Source: Camelus dromedarius (lineage: Eukaryota). From it: a DNA stretch of 64,000 bases. The translations under genes were made by a program, and so were the position numbers. The notes under the pieces were generated by a model, which searched no databases, had not been told where the DNA came from, and saw only the letters and a program-made list of their open reading frames with translations. Location: positions 121,212,001 to 121,276,000 of the forward strand of contig NC_087437.1 in assembly GCF_036321535.1 (NCBI RefSeq). The letters are read 5' to 3'. Shown here piece by piece: positions 36,600-48,130 of this stretch (its first letter is position 1; every line of letters begins with the position of its first letter).

Positions 36600-39030
36600 T
36601 GAGAAGCATACAAACAGGAGAGCGACAAAACCAGACAGACATACCATTAACAGTCCCTGCCAAACAAACACAAGCCGTAAGGACTGGAACAGAGGAAACA
36701 GAGCCGTCACTGTCCTCAGATGCTGTGCGTACCGACACGGAGAGTCCAGAAGAATCTAGAGGTAAATTATGAGAAAAAGTCTGCCGAAGCTGCTGAATAC
36801 GGGGTCAGTAAACAGAACTGAGTTGTATTTCTACACACAGCAAGTGAGAAGAGGAAACCTAGGGAAGACAACCATTACAATGGGTAATGTGTAGAATCAA
36901 GTGCTTCACAGATGTACAAGACCCATTACAGAACAGAAATTATTAACACGTAGTATTAAAAGACCTTAATAAGTGGAGATTTTATCACACAGATTAAAGA
37001 ACTCAGTATTACAAAGTTACCCATCCTCCTCACACTGAAATCTATGCATCAAGTGCAACCTCAGCCAAAATCCCAGCAGGTTTTCCTGGAATTTTACAAG
37101 GTAATTAATCCTAAAACATCTGTGAAAATGCAAACGGCCAAGAACAGCTCTGACATTCTTCAAAAGGAGTAAATGGGAGAACTGCACCCACGGGCCATCA
37201 AGGCTTCCGACAAAGCTACAGCCAGCCAGGCAACGGCACCGCACACGGCAGACCAGGGGAGAGAAGGGAGCGCGCCCGGAGCGGGCCGTCAGCCCACGAG
37301 GAGGGCAGCAGCACCCAGAACGGAGGAGAAGAGCCGCCTGCCCACAGACGACGCTAATCTTTAAGAACAAAATATAAAGCCTTTTCCCTGCACACAAAAA
37401 CCAAAGCGTGTGAGAAAACAGGGAGAAGGGGCAGGCGACATAACAGAAAACACATATACAGGTCTCTGCCCCAGGTCCCACAGAGCTCCTAAATCCCTCG
37501 TAAATTCACAAGGGCAAGCGCAGTAGGAGGGTCTCTGTCCTAATGAGGTGGCTCCGGGTGGGCTCGGGGCAGAAGTGGGGGGCGGGTAAGACCAGGCCAC
37601 AGTTCGGGTTCAGCCTCACCCCCAGCCCCCAAGGTAGTGAGGGGCCTGAAACTGGGGTTAACGATGGATCACGCCTACAAAGGAAGCCTCCATAACATCC
37701 CAACAGCATAAGGATCGGGGAGCTTGGGGGCTGGTGAGCACGTGGAGGGGCTGGGAGGGCAGCGCCCCAGAGCAAGGAAGCTCGGCGCCTTTCCCCACAC
37801 CCGCCCCCCCCACCTCTTCCATCTGGCTGTTCCTAAGTCAGCTCCTTTATAACAAACTGGTAACCCAGTAAATAAAGGATCTCTGAGTGCTGGGAGCTGC
37901 TCTGGCAAATTAACAGAACCCGAGGAGGGGCTGTGGGGACCTCCAATTTACAGCCCATCAGTCAAAAGCACAGGTGACAACCTGGACTTGCAGTGGGCAC
38001 CTCAAGGCTGGGTGCGGGGGGAGTCTTGTGGGACTGAGCCCTCAACCCGTGATTTCCAGGTAGGTCATTAAATTGTAGGACACCCAGCTGGTGTCAAAGA
38101 ACTGCTTGGTGTGGGGACAAAGCCCACATGCCTGGTGGCAGAAGTGCTGTGAGTGGGGGAGTAAAGGAGAAACACAGGAGAAGTGAGGTGTTCTAATCCC
38201 GGCAGAAGAACGAGCAGACCCACCAGCAGAGAAGACACGGTGGCAAATGAGCACATGAAAAGGTGCTCAGCACCGTGAGTTGTCCGGAAATGGAAGCCAC
38301 AGCCACTGAAAGGCGTGGCTGTGCATCTTATGGGTAAAATGTCTGTACTAGCCAGCACAGAAGAGCTAACATTAAAAAGACCGATAGTATCAAGAGTTGC
38401 TAAGTTAACAACTGGATCTCTCATGCACCACGGGAGATGCAAACGGTCTCGCTCCCCTTTGGTAAACAGTTTGACCACTTCTAATGGAAACAGTTTAAAC
38501 ATACACTTACCCTGAGACCCAGCAATTCCACTGGTGAACATCAACCCAAGCGAAATGAAGCCCCGGACAGGAGAAGACGCCTGTGACACATACAGCCGGC
38601 AAAGGGCCGTCTCAGCTCCTGAAGGAGGCCTCCCAGATCACTAAGAACAGACAGCCCAGAAGAAAGCCAAGCACAAGGCCTCAACAGGCCCTTCACACAC
38701 ACAAAGGACATCTAAGTGGCCAGTAAACATACGACACGGTGTTCAACCTCATTAATCATGGGGAAATGCAAACTACAACCACAGTCAGAGCTCCACCCCC
38801 GCCAGGATAACCCAGTAATCAGAGCTGAGAAGGTGACTGCAAGGAGTGTCCACACAGATGAGGAGCCACAGAAACAGAGGGGGAGGAGGGTAAACTGCAC
38901 AACCACTTTAGAAATGAGGTTGCTCTTGTCTACTACAACCCAGAAACTCCCCGCCGGAGCACAAACTCATAGAAACATGTGCACACGTGCACCAAGAGAT
39001 ATGTCTAAGAATTTTTTTTTAATGCTGATG
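36600..39030 (+). mobile_element. Old LINE-1 ORF2 fragments (interrupted by a MER21-like LTR)
   Basis: L1 phrases AAAGACCTTAATAAGTGGAGA, AAAATCCCAGCAGGTTTT, ACATGAAAAGGTGCTCAGC and GAAATGCAAACTACAACCACA. Confidence 0.7.
37440..38195 (+). mobile_element. MER21-like LTR
   Basis: GGTCTCTGCCCC..CAGAGCTCCTAAATCCCT..AATAAA..AAGCACAGGTGACAACCTGGACTTGC..GTCTTGTGGGACTGAGCCCT..GGACACCCAGCTGGTGTC. Confidence 0.75.
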
Positions 39031-39054
39031 TCATGACTTAGAAGACTAGCTTCA

Positions 39055-39862
39055 TCACACCAGTCAGAATGGCCGTCATTCAAACATCCACAAATGACAA
39101 ATGCTGGAGAGGCTGTGGAGAAAGGGGAACCCTCCTACACTGCTGCTGGGAATGCAGTTTGGTGCAGCCACTGTGGAAAACAGTGTGGAGATTCCTCAAA
39201 AGACTAGGAATAGACTTACCATATGACCCAGGAATCCCACTCCTGGGCTTGTATCCAGAAGGAACCCTACTTCAGGATGACACCTGCACCCCAGTGTTCA
39301 TAGCAGGACTATTTACAATAGCCAAAACATGGAAACAGCCTAAATGTCCATCAACAGGTGACTGGATAAAGAAGAGGTGGTATATTTATACAAGGGAATA
39401 CTACTCAGCCATAAAAACCGACAACATAATGCCATTAGCAGCATCATGCATGCTCCTGGAGACTGTCATTCTAAGTGAAGTAAGCCAGAAAGAGAAAGAA
39501 AAGTACCATATGAGATCGCTCATATGTGGAATCTAAAAAACAAAAACAAACACAAACAAACAAACAAAAACAAAGCGTAAATACAGGACAGAAATAGACT
39601 CACAGACAGAGAATACAGACTTGTGGTTGCCAGGGGGGTGGAGGGTGGGAAGGGATAGACTGGGATTTCAAAATTGTAGAATAGACTACACTGTATAGCA
39701 CAGGGAAATATACACAAAATGTTATGGTAACTCACAGAGAAAAAAATGTGACAATGAGTGTATATGTGTCCATGAATGACTGAAAAATTGTGCTGAACAC
39801 TGGAATTTGACACAACATTGTAAAATGATTATAAATCAATAAAAAATGTTAAAAAAAAAAAA
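39055..39862 (+). mobile_element. Young 5'-truncated LINE-1 (ORF2 C-terminus, 3' UTR, poly-A) with 15-bp TSD
   Basis: ORF 39069-39536 carries the L1 ORF2 C-terminal signature ([26 protein letters not shown]). AATAAA and an A-tail lie at about 39838-39862. TSD AGAAGACTAGCTTCA at 39040-39054 and 39863-39877. Confidence 0.95.
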
Positions 39863-40689
39863 AGAAGACTAGCTTCAGAGTCTCGGTAGCAATCAACATG
39901 CTTTTGTGCAGATAAACTTACAACAAATTATAACGATCCTCATATGAACCAACCTCCGGAAAAATATGGGGAAACAGCAGGTAAAATGTCACTGGATGTG
40001 ATTAAGGAGCTTTACGCTGTAACACTGGGCACTCTCCCAAGAGAGACTGAGAACGGACTGTGACCAAGGACAGCAGCCTAAGCAGGAGCAAGGAGAAGCC
40101 ACCACTGATGAGGGGTCTCAGGGAGTCTAAACCTTACAGGACAAAGGACAGTTTAAATATCCCCCCACCGTCATGAAACACTGTTCCAACTGGTGGTTTA
40201 AAAGTCTGCCGTGTGTCTCTGTCTTGCTATATAATGTTATGTGCTGAAAAGTGCACAGTTACAATTCTAATCACAGAGTCACTCAGCTCCAGGGTGCTGT
40301 CTTCACCTTCCATGTGCTTCTTGGTGGTATCTGAAGCTCCAAGGGGCTCTACAAGACACAGGGCAATGGGGCGACCATTTTGGGTGGCCAAAATGTCCAG
40401 AAGTGGCCAACCACTAACCATGTACCGGCTAGCAAATATCACTTCTGCTTCTTCTCTGCCAAGACCTACTCCAGGCAGTGTGGAGGTCGTGGTGACTGAG
40501 AGACACGGTCCTGCCCTCAGTGCACGTAAGTCCCAGCGGAGGCAGACAGGCAGTAAACAAGGAGACACGTAAATGGAGTGTTCTAGGTGCTGCTGGGCGC
40601 AGCGAGGACCAGGGCGAAGTGACAGAGAGGCCGGCCGGGTTATCAGGAGAGGCCTTGCCATGCAGGTGGTACGGAGCTGGGCCTTCTCT

Positions 40690-40945
40690 TAGCTGAGGCA
40701 TAACTGACACGTAACCGTATGCTAACTCCAGGTGCCACACAGCGATGCCACGCCGTATCTGCTGTGGAGTCACCACCGCAGGAAGTCTACTCGGCCTCAC
40801 CACCACCACAGACAGCTACGGAACTTTTTTGAGATGAGAACTTTCAAGATCTATTCTCTTAGCAAACTTCAAACATACAACACAGCATTATTAGCCAGAG
40901 TCACCATGTGTCCATGACATTCCCCGGGACTTACCACCTTATCGT
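40690..40945 (-). mobile_element. LINE-1 3'-end fragment
   Basis: GATGAGAACTTTCAAGATCTATTCTCTTAGCAAACTTCAAACATACAACACAGCATTATTA is the reverse complement of an L1MA-type 3' UTR. Confidence 0.7.
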
Positions 40946-41479
40946 GAGAAAGAGCCTCACACAGATGGGGGCAGATGAACTGCAAGCTGATAAGGGGGGG
41001 GGGGGCACACCGTTAGTGGGAGAGGGGCCCGGAGCCTCGAGGAGGAGCTTAGACCAGAGGGCCGGCCTTCCTCTTCCTCAGTGGGGCTCCCCTGGGGACT
41101 GCCCTCCCCCACAGCCTCCCTTTGGGAGAAGCAAAGTCTAAACCCTGCAGCTGGAGCAGGGCGCCGCCCTCCCGCCTGCGTCCTTAGTCAACAGCACCAT
41201 CTACTGGTCAACACGGGGTCACAGTGCTCGGGTTCTCCAGGCAGAGGGAAACTTCTGGACTACATTCTGCTTCCTTGTTTTGTTGTCAACACATGCACAT
41301 GCACGCACACACACCCATAAAGCTTCAGATTTAATAATAAAAACAACCTCAAAAACAGAAGCAAAATCTTACTATCAGGAATTTGCAAAGACCATTCTTT
41401 GCCACTGATTCCTTGAGAATGTTAATTTGAATTTTAAAAAAACATTGTTTTAAATAGTGGCTTAAAAAATAGACACCAC

Positions 41480-44240
41480 ACAAAATGAAATAAAAATATA
41501 TGCTTTGACCCAGCAGTCCTATTTCTCGGAATCTAACCCACAGGTACACTGGTAAAAATAAGAAAAGACACGTGCATAAAGCTATTCGTCTCAGGACATT
41601 CTGTAATAGCAAAAAAACTGGGAACACCCCCAAATGTCTATCAACAGGAGACCAGTCAAATTATGACACGTCTACTGACAGAACACCTGCGGCTGTGAAG
41701 AGGGATGACGACTACGCCGGGTGCTGGCACCACGCCAGCTCCAGGGCGCGGCAGGTGAGAAGAGTAAAGCGGAGACGAGCCTCTAACGAAGGTCTCTGAG
41801 GAGGTGATTAAAGGTAAATGTGGTCACGGGGTGGACCCCAATCCAATCTGACTGGTGTCCTTATAAGAAGATCAGGACACAGACATGCACGGAGGGACGA
41901 CCAGGCAGGGACACAGGGAAGAGACAGCTGTCCACATGCCCAGGAGCGGGGCCTCGAAGGGACCAGCCCTGCCACATCTGGACCTCGGCCTGTGAGAAAG
42001 GAACCTCTGTGATGCAAGCCCTGGCCTGTGGCTCTCAGTTACAGCCCCCCAGGCAGGCTGACACAGCACTCGAACAACTGGACAGCTATCTGCAAACCAG
42101 CTGTAAGTAAACCTTGACCTTTTCCCCATACCATATACAAAATGTCCCTTGACGTGGATCACAGATCAAAATGTAGGAGCTAACAGTATAAAGAAATCAC
42201 GGGGAAAACCTTAGTGATCTTATGTTAGGCAATGATTTCTTAAACATAACACAGAAAGCGAGAAATATTTTAAAAGTCAATCAACTGGACGTCACCGAAA
42301 TGCTTAAAACCTGCTCTTTTAAAGGCAGTGTTATGAAAATGACAAGACAGGCCACAGGAGCTGCGGTGCAAGGGGCACACGTTCGCCCAGCAGAGGGAAG
42401 CAGCTCACAGCGCACGCCGGCTGTTTTCTAAAAAGGCAAGCCAGAGTCTAAGAGAAAATATTTACAAAATATCCAACATATAACTTGTACCGGCATTATA
42501 TAAAGAACTCCTACAACTTAATGAGGAAACAATAAACCCAGTAAAAAGTAAGCAAAAGACTCCAGGAACATCAACAAAAAAGGTGTTTGGATGGCGTACA
42601 AACCGTGGGCTGATACATGACATCTCTGGTCATCAGGAAAATGTGAGGTAAAGCCACAATGAGATACCACTACACACCCAACAGAATGGCTAAAAAGTTT
42701 TAAACTGACCATAGCAGGTGTCAAGCAAGGCAGTGGGGCTGCTGGAACTCCTAACACACAGCTGGTTGGGAAAAGCTTGGCTGTTGCTTTAAAAATCAAA
42801 CATACAGTTCACATGAGACCCAGCTGTTTACCCAAAAGAAATGAAAACAGATGTCCACAGCAGGAAAGGTGCCCAAATGCTCACGGCAGGTTTATCTGCA
42901 ATAGCCAAAGGTCCACCAGCAGGTGAGTGCAGTAACAAGCCGTGGTCTGGCCACACAGCGGACTCTCCTCTGCAGTGAGAGGGGTGGACCGCGGACGCAG
43001 TCAACAACCTGGCTGACGCGAGATTCACCCATGCTGAGTGAGAGAAGTCTGACGAAAGGAGACTCAAAACAACCACGGTGAGTGACAGAAGGCAGATCAG
43101 TCACCACCTGGGACCTGGGGGTGCAGGAGAGAGAAGGCAGAGCTGGATTACAAAGAGGCAGGAGACCTAGGAGGGTGGGGATTCCACACATCATCCTGAC
43201 TGTGGTGACGGCTTCACAGAACTCATCAAATGTACTCTTTATATCAGCTTCCTGTATGTCAACTGTACCCCAATACAACTGCCTTTTTTAAAAAAAGGTG
43301 GCTGGAACAAGACACCACAAAGGTTGAGAAGAGAAAGCACAAACAGGGATAAAATACTCGTAACACATATAACCAACAAAAAATTAGGAACATAAAAAGG
43401 GACAGGGAACTTATAAAGAACTCCTACAAATCAGAAAGAGAGAGAAACCACACTATGAAAATCTGTTAAAAGACACGAACAGACATTTCACAAAGGGAAA
43501 AACACAAGTCATCTATTAACATGACACAACGCTCAGCTTCATTCACTAATCATGATCTACAAATTAAAACCACAAGGAGCCATGTCACACCCATCGGGTG
43601 GGTGGAAACAGACCTGCATGGGACCAAGGGGTCAGTGAACATGGAAAGTGACCAGTGCAGAACATGCACACGGGAACCACCCACAAAGCTGACGTGCGCA
43701 CGCTCCAGGACCGCGTTACATCCAGGTCTACACCGTGCACAGGCACACCACAATGTCCACGGCAACCTACGTGCATGATCCTCCAACATTGGAAATAGCC
43801 CACGTGCCCGGCAGCAATGTAAAGGGTAAATACGGGCTTATTCACAAAGTGAGATACTACCCAGCAGTGAAAAGAACACAGCTGTATGCTTTAGCATAAA
43901 TGAATCGCAGAAACCGCACTTAGCAAAGATTCAACTTGCAGAGTACACACTGTGCAATTCCATCTCCACTCAATATAAAAACGGGCGAAAGTAAATAACA
44001 CGTTGTTTAGTATATACTGAGGGGTAGAACTATGAGGAAAAGGGAAAGAACAACGCACACGGCACTGAGTGGCAGTGACCCCGACGGGGGTGGGAAGGGG
44101 CACCGAGAGGTCTCAGCCACGGCTAGAGTTCTGCTTTGTAAGCGGGGTCACAGGCACAGACGTTCATTTTACTGTTCCATCTGAACATACATCTTTTACA
44201 GCCTTTACATATATGACATACTTCACAATAAAAGATGCTT
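41480..44240 (+). mobile_element. Cluster of old L1M fragments with a nested MLT1-like LTR (about 41790-42065)
   Basis: Repeated L1 phrases (AAAGAACTCCTACAA, GAACAGACATTTCACAAA). MLT1 text GAGGTGATTAAAGGTAAATG..CCAATCCAATCTGACTGGTGTCCTTATAAGAAG. Confidence 0.75.
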
Positions 44241-44249
44241 TAGAAAGCT

Positions 44250-44800
44250 GAGAGGGATTAATTACAGGGAAGGAAGACAGTAGCGGGAAGGACTGGCTGA
44301 GACTGGTGGTGCAGAGAAGGCATCTCCGGGCAGCAGGGCAAGAGTAATGATGACACCAGCGAAACGGAGCCGATGCCCGGAGAGAGGGGAGTGTGCCAAC
44401 GACGGCGCCACTAGGGCTGGAGAGCCGCGCTCGGCTGGGGGACGAGGCGAGGTCAGAGAGGCAGAAGGGCCAGAACAAGTAGAGCCTGAGCTGTCAACGC
44501 AAGGACTTCTGGGCAGTGGGACAGGATCTGAGGTGCTGCTATGCTGAGGACAGGGCAGAAGCAGACCACCGTGAGGGCGGTGCCATAGCCACAGGCCAGA
44601 GGTAGCAGCTTAGGACGGTGTGGGACTCCAGATAAAGTCCAAACAACAGATACAAAAGAGAAAGTGAGTCTTCAAGGATGAATCTGTTTTGAGCCCAAAC
44701 AACCAGAAGAATGAGGCTGCCACCAACTGAGAGGGGGAGACTGCGGGGCCACAATGGGGCAGGAGCACAGGGGCTCAGTTTTACAAGCCGAAGTTTGGAG
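44250..44800 (+). mobile_element. LINE-2 fragment
   Basis: TCAAGGATGA..TTTTGAGCCCAAACAACCAGAAGAATGAGGCTGCCACCAACTGAGAGGGGGAGACTG..GGGGCTCAGTTTT resembles L2. Confidence 0.55.
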
Positions 44801-45210
44801 TTGCTATTACTCAGTTGAATAGTGTCCCCTAGAAACTGTGAATGAATGTGACCTCATCTGGAAACAGGGGCTGCGCAGATGTAATCAAGTTACAAGGAGG
44901 GCACACTGGATTAGGATAGGCCCTCAACCAACGGCTGGTGTCTTTGCAAGAGGAAAGATGGCCACGCGAACACAGGGGCAGAGACTGGAGTTAGGCTGCC
45001 ATGAGCCAGGGAACACCATGGACCGCCAGCAACCGCCAGGAGCCAGCAGAGGCGAGGAGAGATTCTTCCTAGAGCCTTCAGGGGGAATGAGGCCCTGCCA
45101 GCACCTTGATGTGGGACTTGCAGCCTCCAGAGCCGGGAGAGAGCAAGTCTCTGCTGTGTTAAGCCCCCTAGATTGTGCTGCTTTTCCAGGGCCGCCCTGG
45201 AAACCAGTCC
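44800..45210 (+). mobile_element. MLT1-like MaLR LTR
   Basis: TTGAATAGTGTCCCC..GAATGTGACCTCATCTGGAAACAGGG..GCAGATGTAATCAAGTTA..CTAGAGCCTTCAG..CAGCCTCCAGA. Confidence 0.8.
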
Positions 45211-45654
45211 CTAGGTCCATCTCTGACACTCCCAGAAAAGGCCAGATGACGCACGAAGATAAAACATCATGGAGAGGTATCAGTCTAGGGCATCTTGGTT
45301 CTTTTCCCGTCTCTCCTTTTTTTTCGGTTGTAAGAACCTGGGCAAATCATTTTGTCTGTTATGCAATTTCCTGTAAAATTTGTAAAACCAGAGGCCTGAA
45401 CAGAATCATTTCTAAGGTCCTGCCACCTGTGTCTGCTGCTCTGACTCTTCTCAAATACAAGACAGTGAGCCTGAGCCCCACGCACATCTACCTAAGCCCA
45501 TTCCGCACAGAAGCCGTTTCTTTAAAACCTACCTTCCCACTGCTTGTGCCGCCTAAAACGTGGTAGGAGGCCAAACCAGACGCTAAGGCACGGAAGACTC
45601 ACTAAGAGGAACTTTACCATGTTACTTCCAACAACAAAACTCCCCTCTTTAACG

Positions 45655-46225
45655 CACTGTGTCCACATTCTACGGTATTGTGACAATTACCGCAAACTCA
45701 GTGGCTGAAAACAACACCCACCGATGAGCTCATGGTTTCTGTGTGTCAGAAGGCTGGACACGGTGCAGGCCAGACGGTTCTCTGCTTAGAGTCTCCCGAG
45801 GCAGTAGTCAAGGTGTTGGCAGGGCTGCTGCCCCGAGTTCATTAAGGTGTCTGGCAGAATCCTGTTCCCTGCGGCTGTAGGACAGAGGTCCTGGGTACCT
45901 CACTGCTGTCAGCCAGGGGTCACTCTCAGGTTCGCGAGGCCACCGTACCCCCAGCTCCCGGCCCAGCAGCCCAGGCAGGTGGAGGCCTTCTCACCCTCCG
46001 GATCTCCCTACCACCTCTCCCGCCTCCTCTTCTGTGTGGGGGCCTGACGTGAGGACGGGGTTCCACCCCGACAATCCAGGACACTCTCCTGTCCTAACCT
46101 CATCAGGTGTGACCTGTGAACGACTCTCCAAGGCCCCCATACACCAGTGCCAGGGTTACAGTCTGACCCAGCAGCCAGGGGACGGGGGACTTAGGGAGAC
46201 AGCTGCACAGCTCTGTCTGCCACAC
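45655..46225 (-). mobile_element. MLT1-like MaLR LTR
   Basis: ACAATTACCGCAAACTCAGTGGCTGAAAACAACAC..GGTTTCTGTGTGTCAGAAG..TCAAGGTGTTGGCAGGGCTG..TCTGTCTGCCACA. Confidence 0.7.
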
Positions 46226-46949
46226 ATACTCCAAAACGTCATATACTTACACATAAAAACACACACAGTACACTTATGTGATACAACTTCGGAAGTCAAC
46301 AGCTATTTATATTTTTTATCACCACAAATTGACAATATGGTAGAAATACTGGATGAGGTTTTTGTTAAGTACAATAAGGGGGAAAATATTAGGAACTACA
46401 AGCTGAACAATGTCAAGACTGGACAGAAGCAGCCACCTAAATTTAATTCCCCAAGCAGGCGTTCCAAGAGTCCTGTGCTACAGAAATGAGAAAAGAATAC
46501 CTGCTCGCAGTCTCGAAACAGGGCTAAACAGACTGAGACAGACACTGAAATGCAGACAGGAGGGCAGGAAATGGTACAGGTTTCCGGGCATCTGACCCCC
46601 AGCCAGGCGTCCCATGAGGAGACAGAGGCAACAGCCCCCCAACATCCAAGCCTGTGCTGGGAGGGAACCATCTCTCCCAACTCTTCCCCTTATGTCTCCC
46701 TTCAATCTACGCCCGTCCTTTAGAGACACTGGATGATGCGTGTTACTGAAACGTTTATTTTAATGAGCCTGCCTTTGCGACACCGGTCTGCTCAAGCCAA
46801 ACAGCAACACGGCCACCAATGTGGTTTAGGAAACTGAGGTGCATGTATTCCTTCCCAAGGAACTTTGCTACATTTATTACTTTATTTTATGTTCGAGCTT
46901 CTGAGGGCGTCATCAGGATACTGATGACAAAACCAGCCAACACTACGTA

Positions 46950-48130
46950 CAGCTACCCGCCAGATTCCCGGCTGCGCCTGACCCTCCCCGACGGCGAGGG
47001 CGCGGAGGGTCAGGCCGCTAGCACGCGCCGGCGGGCCCCCACCCCGTGTCCACCCGCTCGGCAGAGCGCGCCCAACGCGAGGGCAGCCCGCCTTCTCCCC
47101 GCAACCGTCCCGGGAGCCCAGGGGGAGGCTTCGGCGCGCCTCTCCCTCCGCCTTCCCCAGTGAGGGAATCCCGCTGGCTGCGAAAGCAGCCGGCGCCGCG
47201 AAGCCCTGCCCGCTCACCGAAGAGGACGCCAGGCCCGACCTTTCGCCCCGAGCTCCTCACAGCGCGCTCGCTCTCCTACTGCTCGGCTGCGACGCCTCCG
47301 GGCCCCTGGGGGCCCTCCCCTCGGCCCCCCGCGCGTCCGCGAGGCTGCGCTCGGGACCCAGCGCGACCGTCCAGGCTCGCGCAGCCGCCGCGGCCCGGGC
47401 TCGCGGCCGGGAGCGGACAGAGCCGCCCGGACCGCGCACAGACGGGCCGCGCTCGGCCGCGCGGGGGCCACCGGGGCCCCGAACTCACGTTTGTACTCGG
47501 CCATCAGCCTCTTGAGCGCCGTCCCCGCCATCGTCCGGGAAACAGCTGCGTCGTTCGCCTCGCCTCCTCAGCGCTCGTCCCTCCCGCCTGACGCCGCGGC
47601 CGCTTCCGGGTCGCCGCCGGGCACAGAAGCCCTTCCGGGGCGCGGGCGCGTGCGCGCGGGCGGGGCGGCTCTGGTGCCGGGTCCTGCGTCACGGTCCCCG
47701 TGCTCCGCCGCGGCCCTGAGCCGCTTTGTGGGGTTAAGGCCGCTTCCAGGGGTCCGAATTCCTGTAGGGGACTGTCCAGAAGATCCCGGAGCAGCGGGCG
47801 CCCGGCTGAGCGTGTAGGAACCGCCTGGTCCCTCCTCGTGGCCTCAGGGAAGGGTCGGCGGCGGGGACGCGGATGGAGACGGAGGACGGAGACCCCGATG
47901 CGGGACGGGGCTGGAGGGTGGAGACTGAGGACGCAGGACTGCGCGGGGGCGGGCGGGGCCGGCCACCCCGGGCCGAGTGCTGGCCGAGCAGACACCGTCC
48001 AGATTGTTTTCTGAGGGCGCCTCTAGAAGGGGAGGGACGGAGACGCCGCCGGTCCGCTACGTGCACACCGCGGCTGGTGGACCGTGGCGGGGCTCACCGG
48101 CCGTCACCCCGTGTAGTTCAGAGGCGGTGA
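46950..48130. promoter_or_regulatory. CpG island / UBE2G2 promoter
   Basis: Very CpG-dense block spanning exon 1. It has ETS-type CCGGAAG motifs at 47602-47609 and 47632-47638, an NRF1-like GCGCGTGCGC near 47647, GC boxes and no evident TATA box. Confidence 0.9.
47489..47531 (-). CDS. UBE2G2: UBE2G2 coding exon 1 (43 nt, MAGTALKRLMAEYK)
   Basis: ATG at 47531 in strong Kozak context (ACGATGG) inside a CpG island. The peptide matches the UBE2G2/Ubc7 N-terminus. Donor C|GTGAGT at 47488. Confidence 0.98.

Noticed and set aside
40227..40661. 144-aa minus-strand ORF with protein-like composition in UBE2G2 intron 1
   Set aside because: No recognisable family, and its first half overlaps an L2-like fragment (GACACGGTCCTGCCCTC..GCAGACAGGCAGTAAACA) in antisense.
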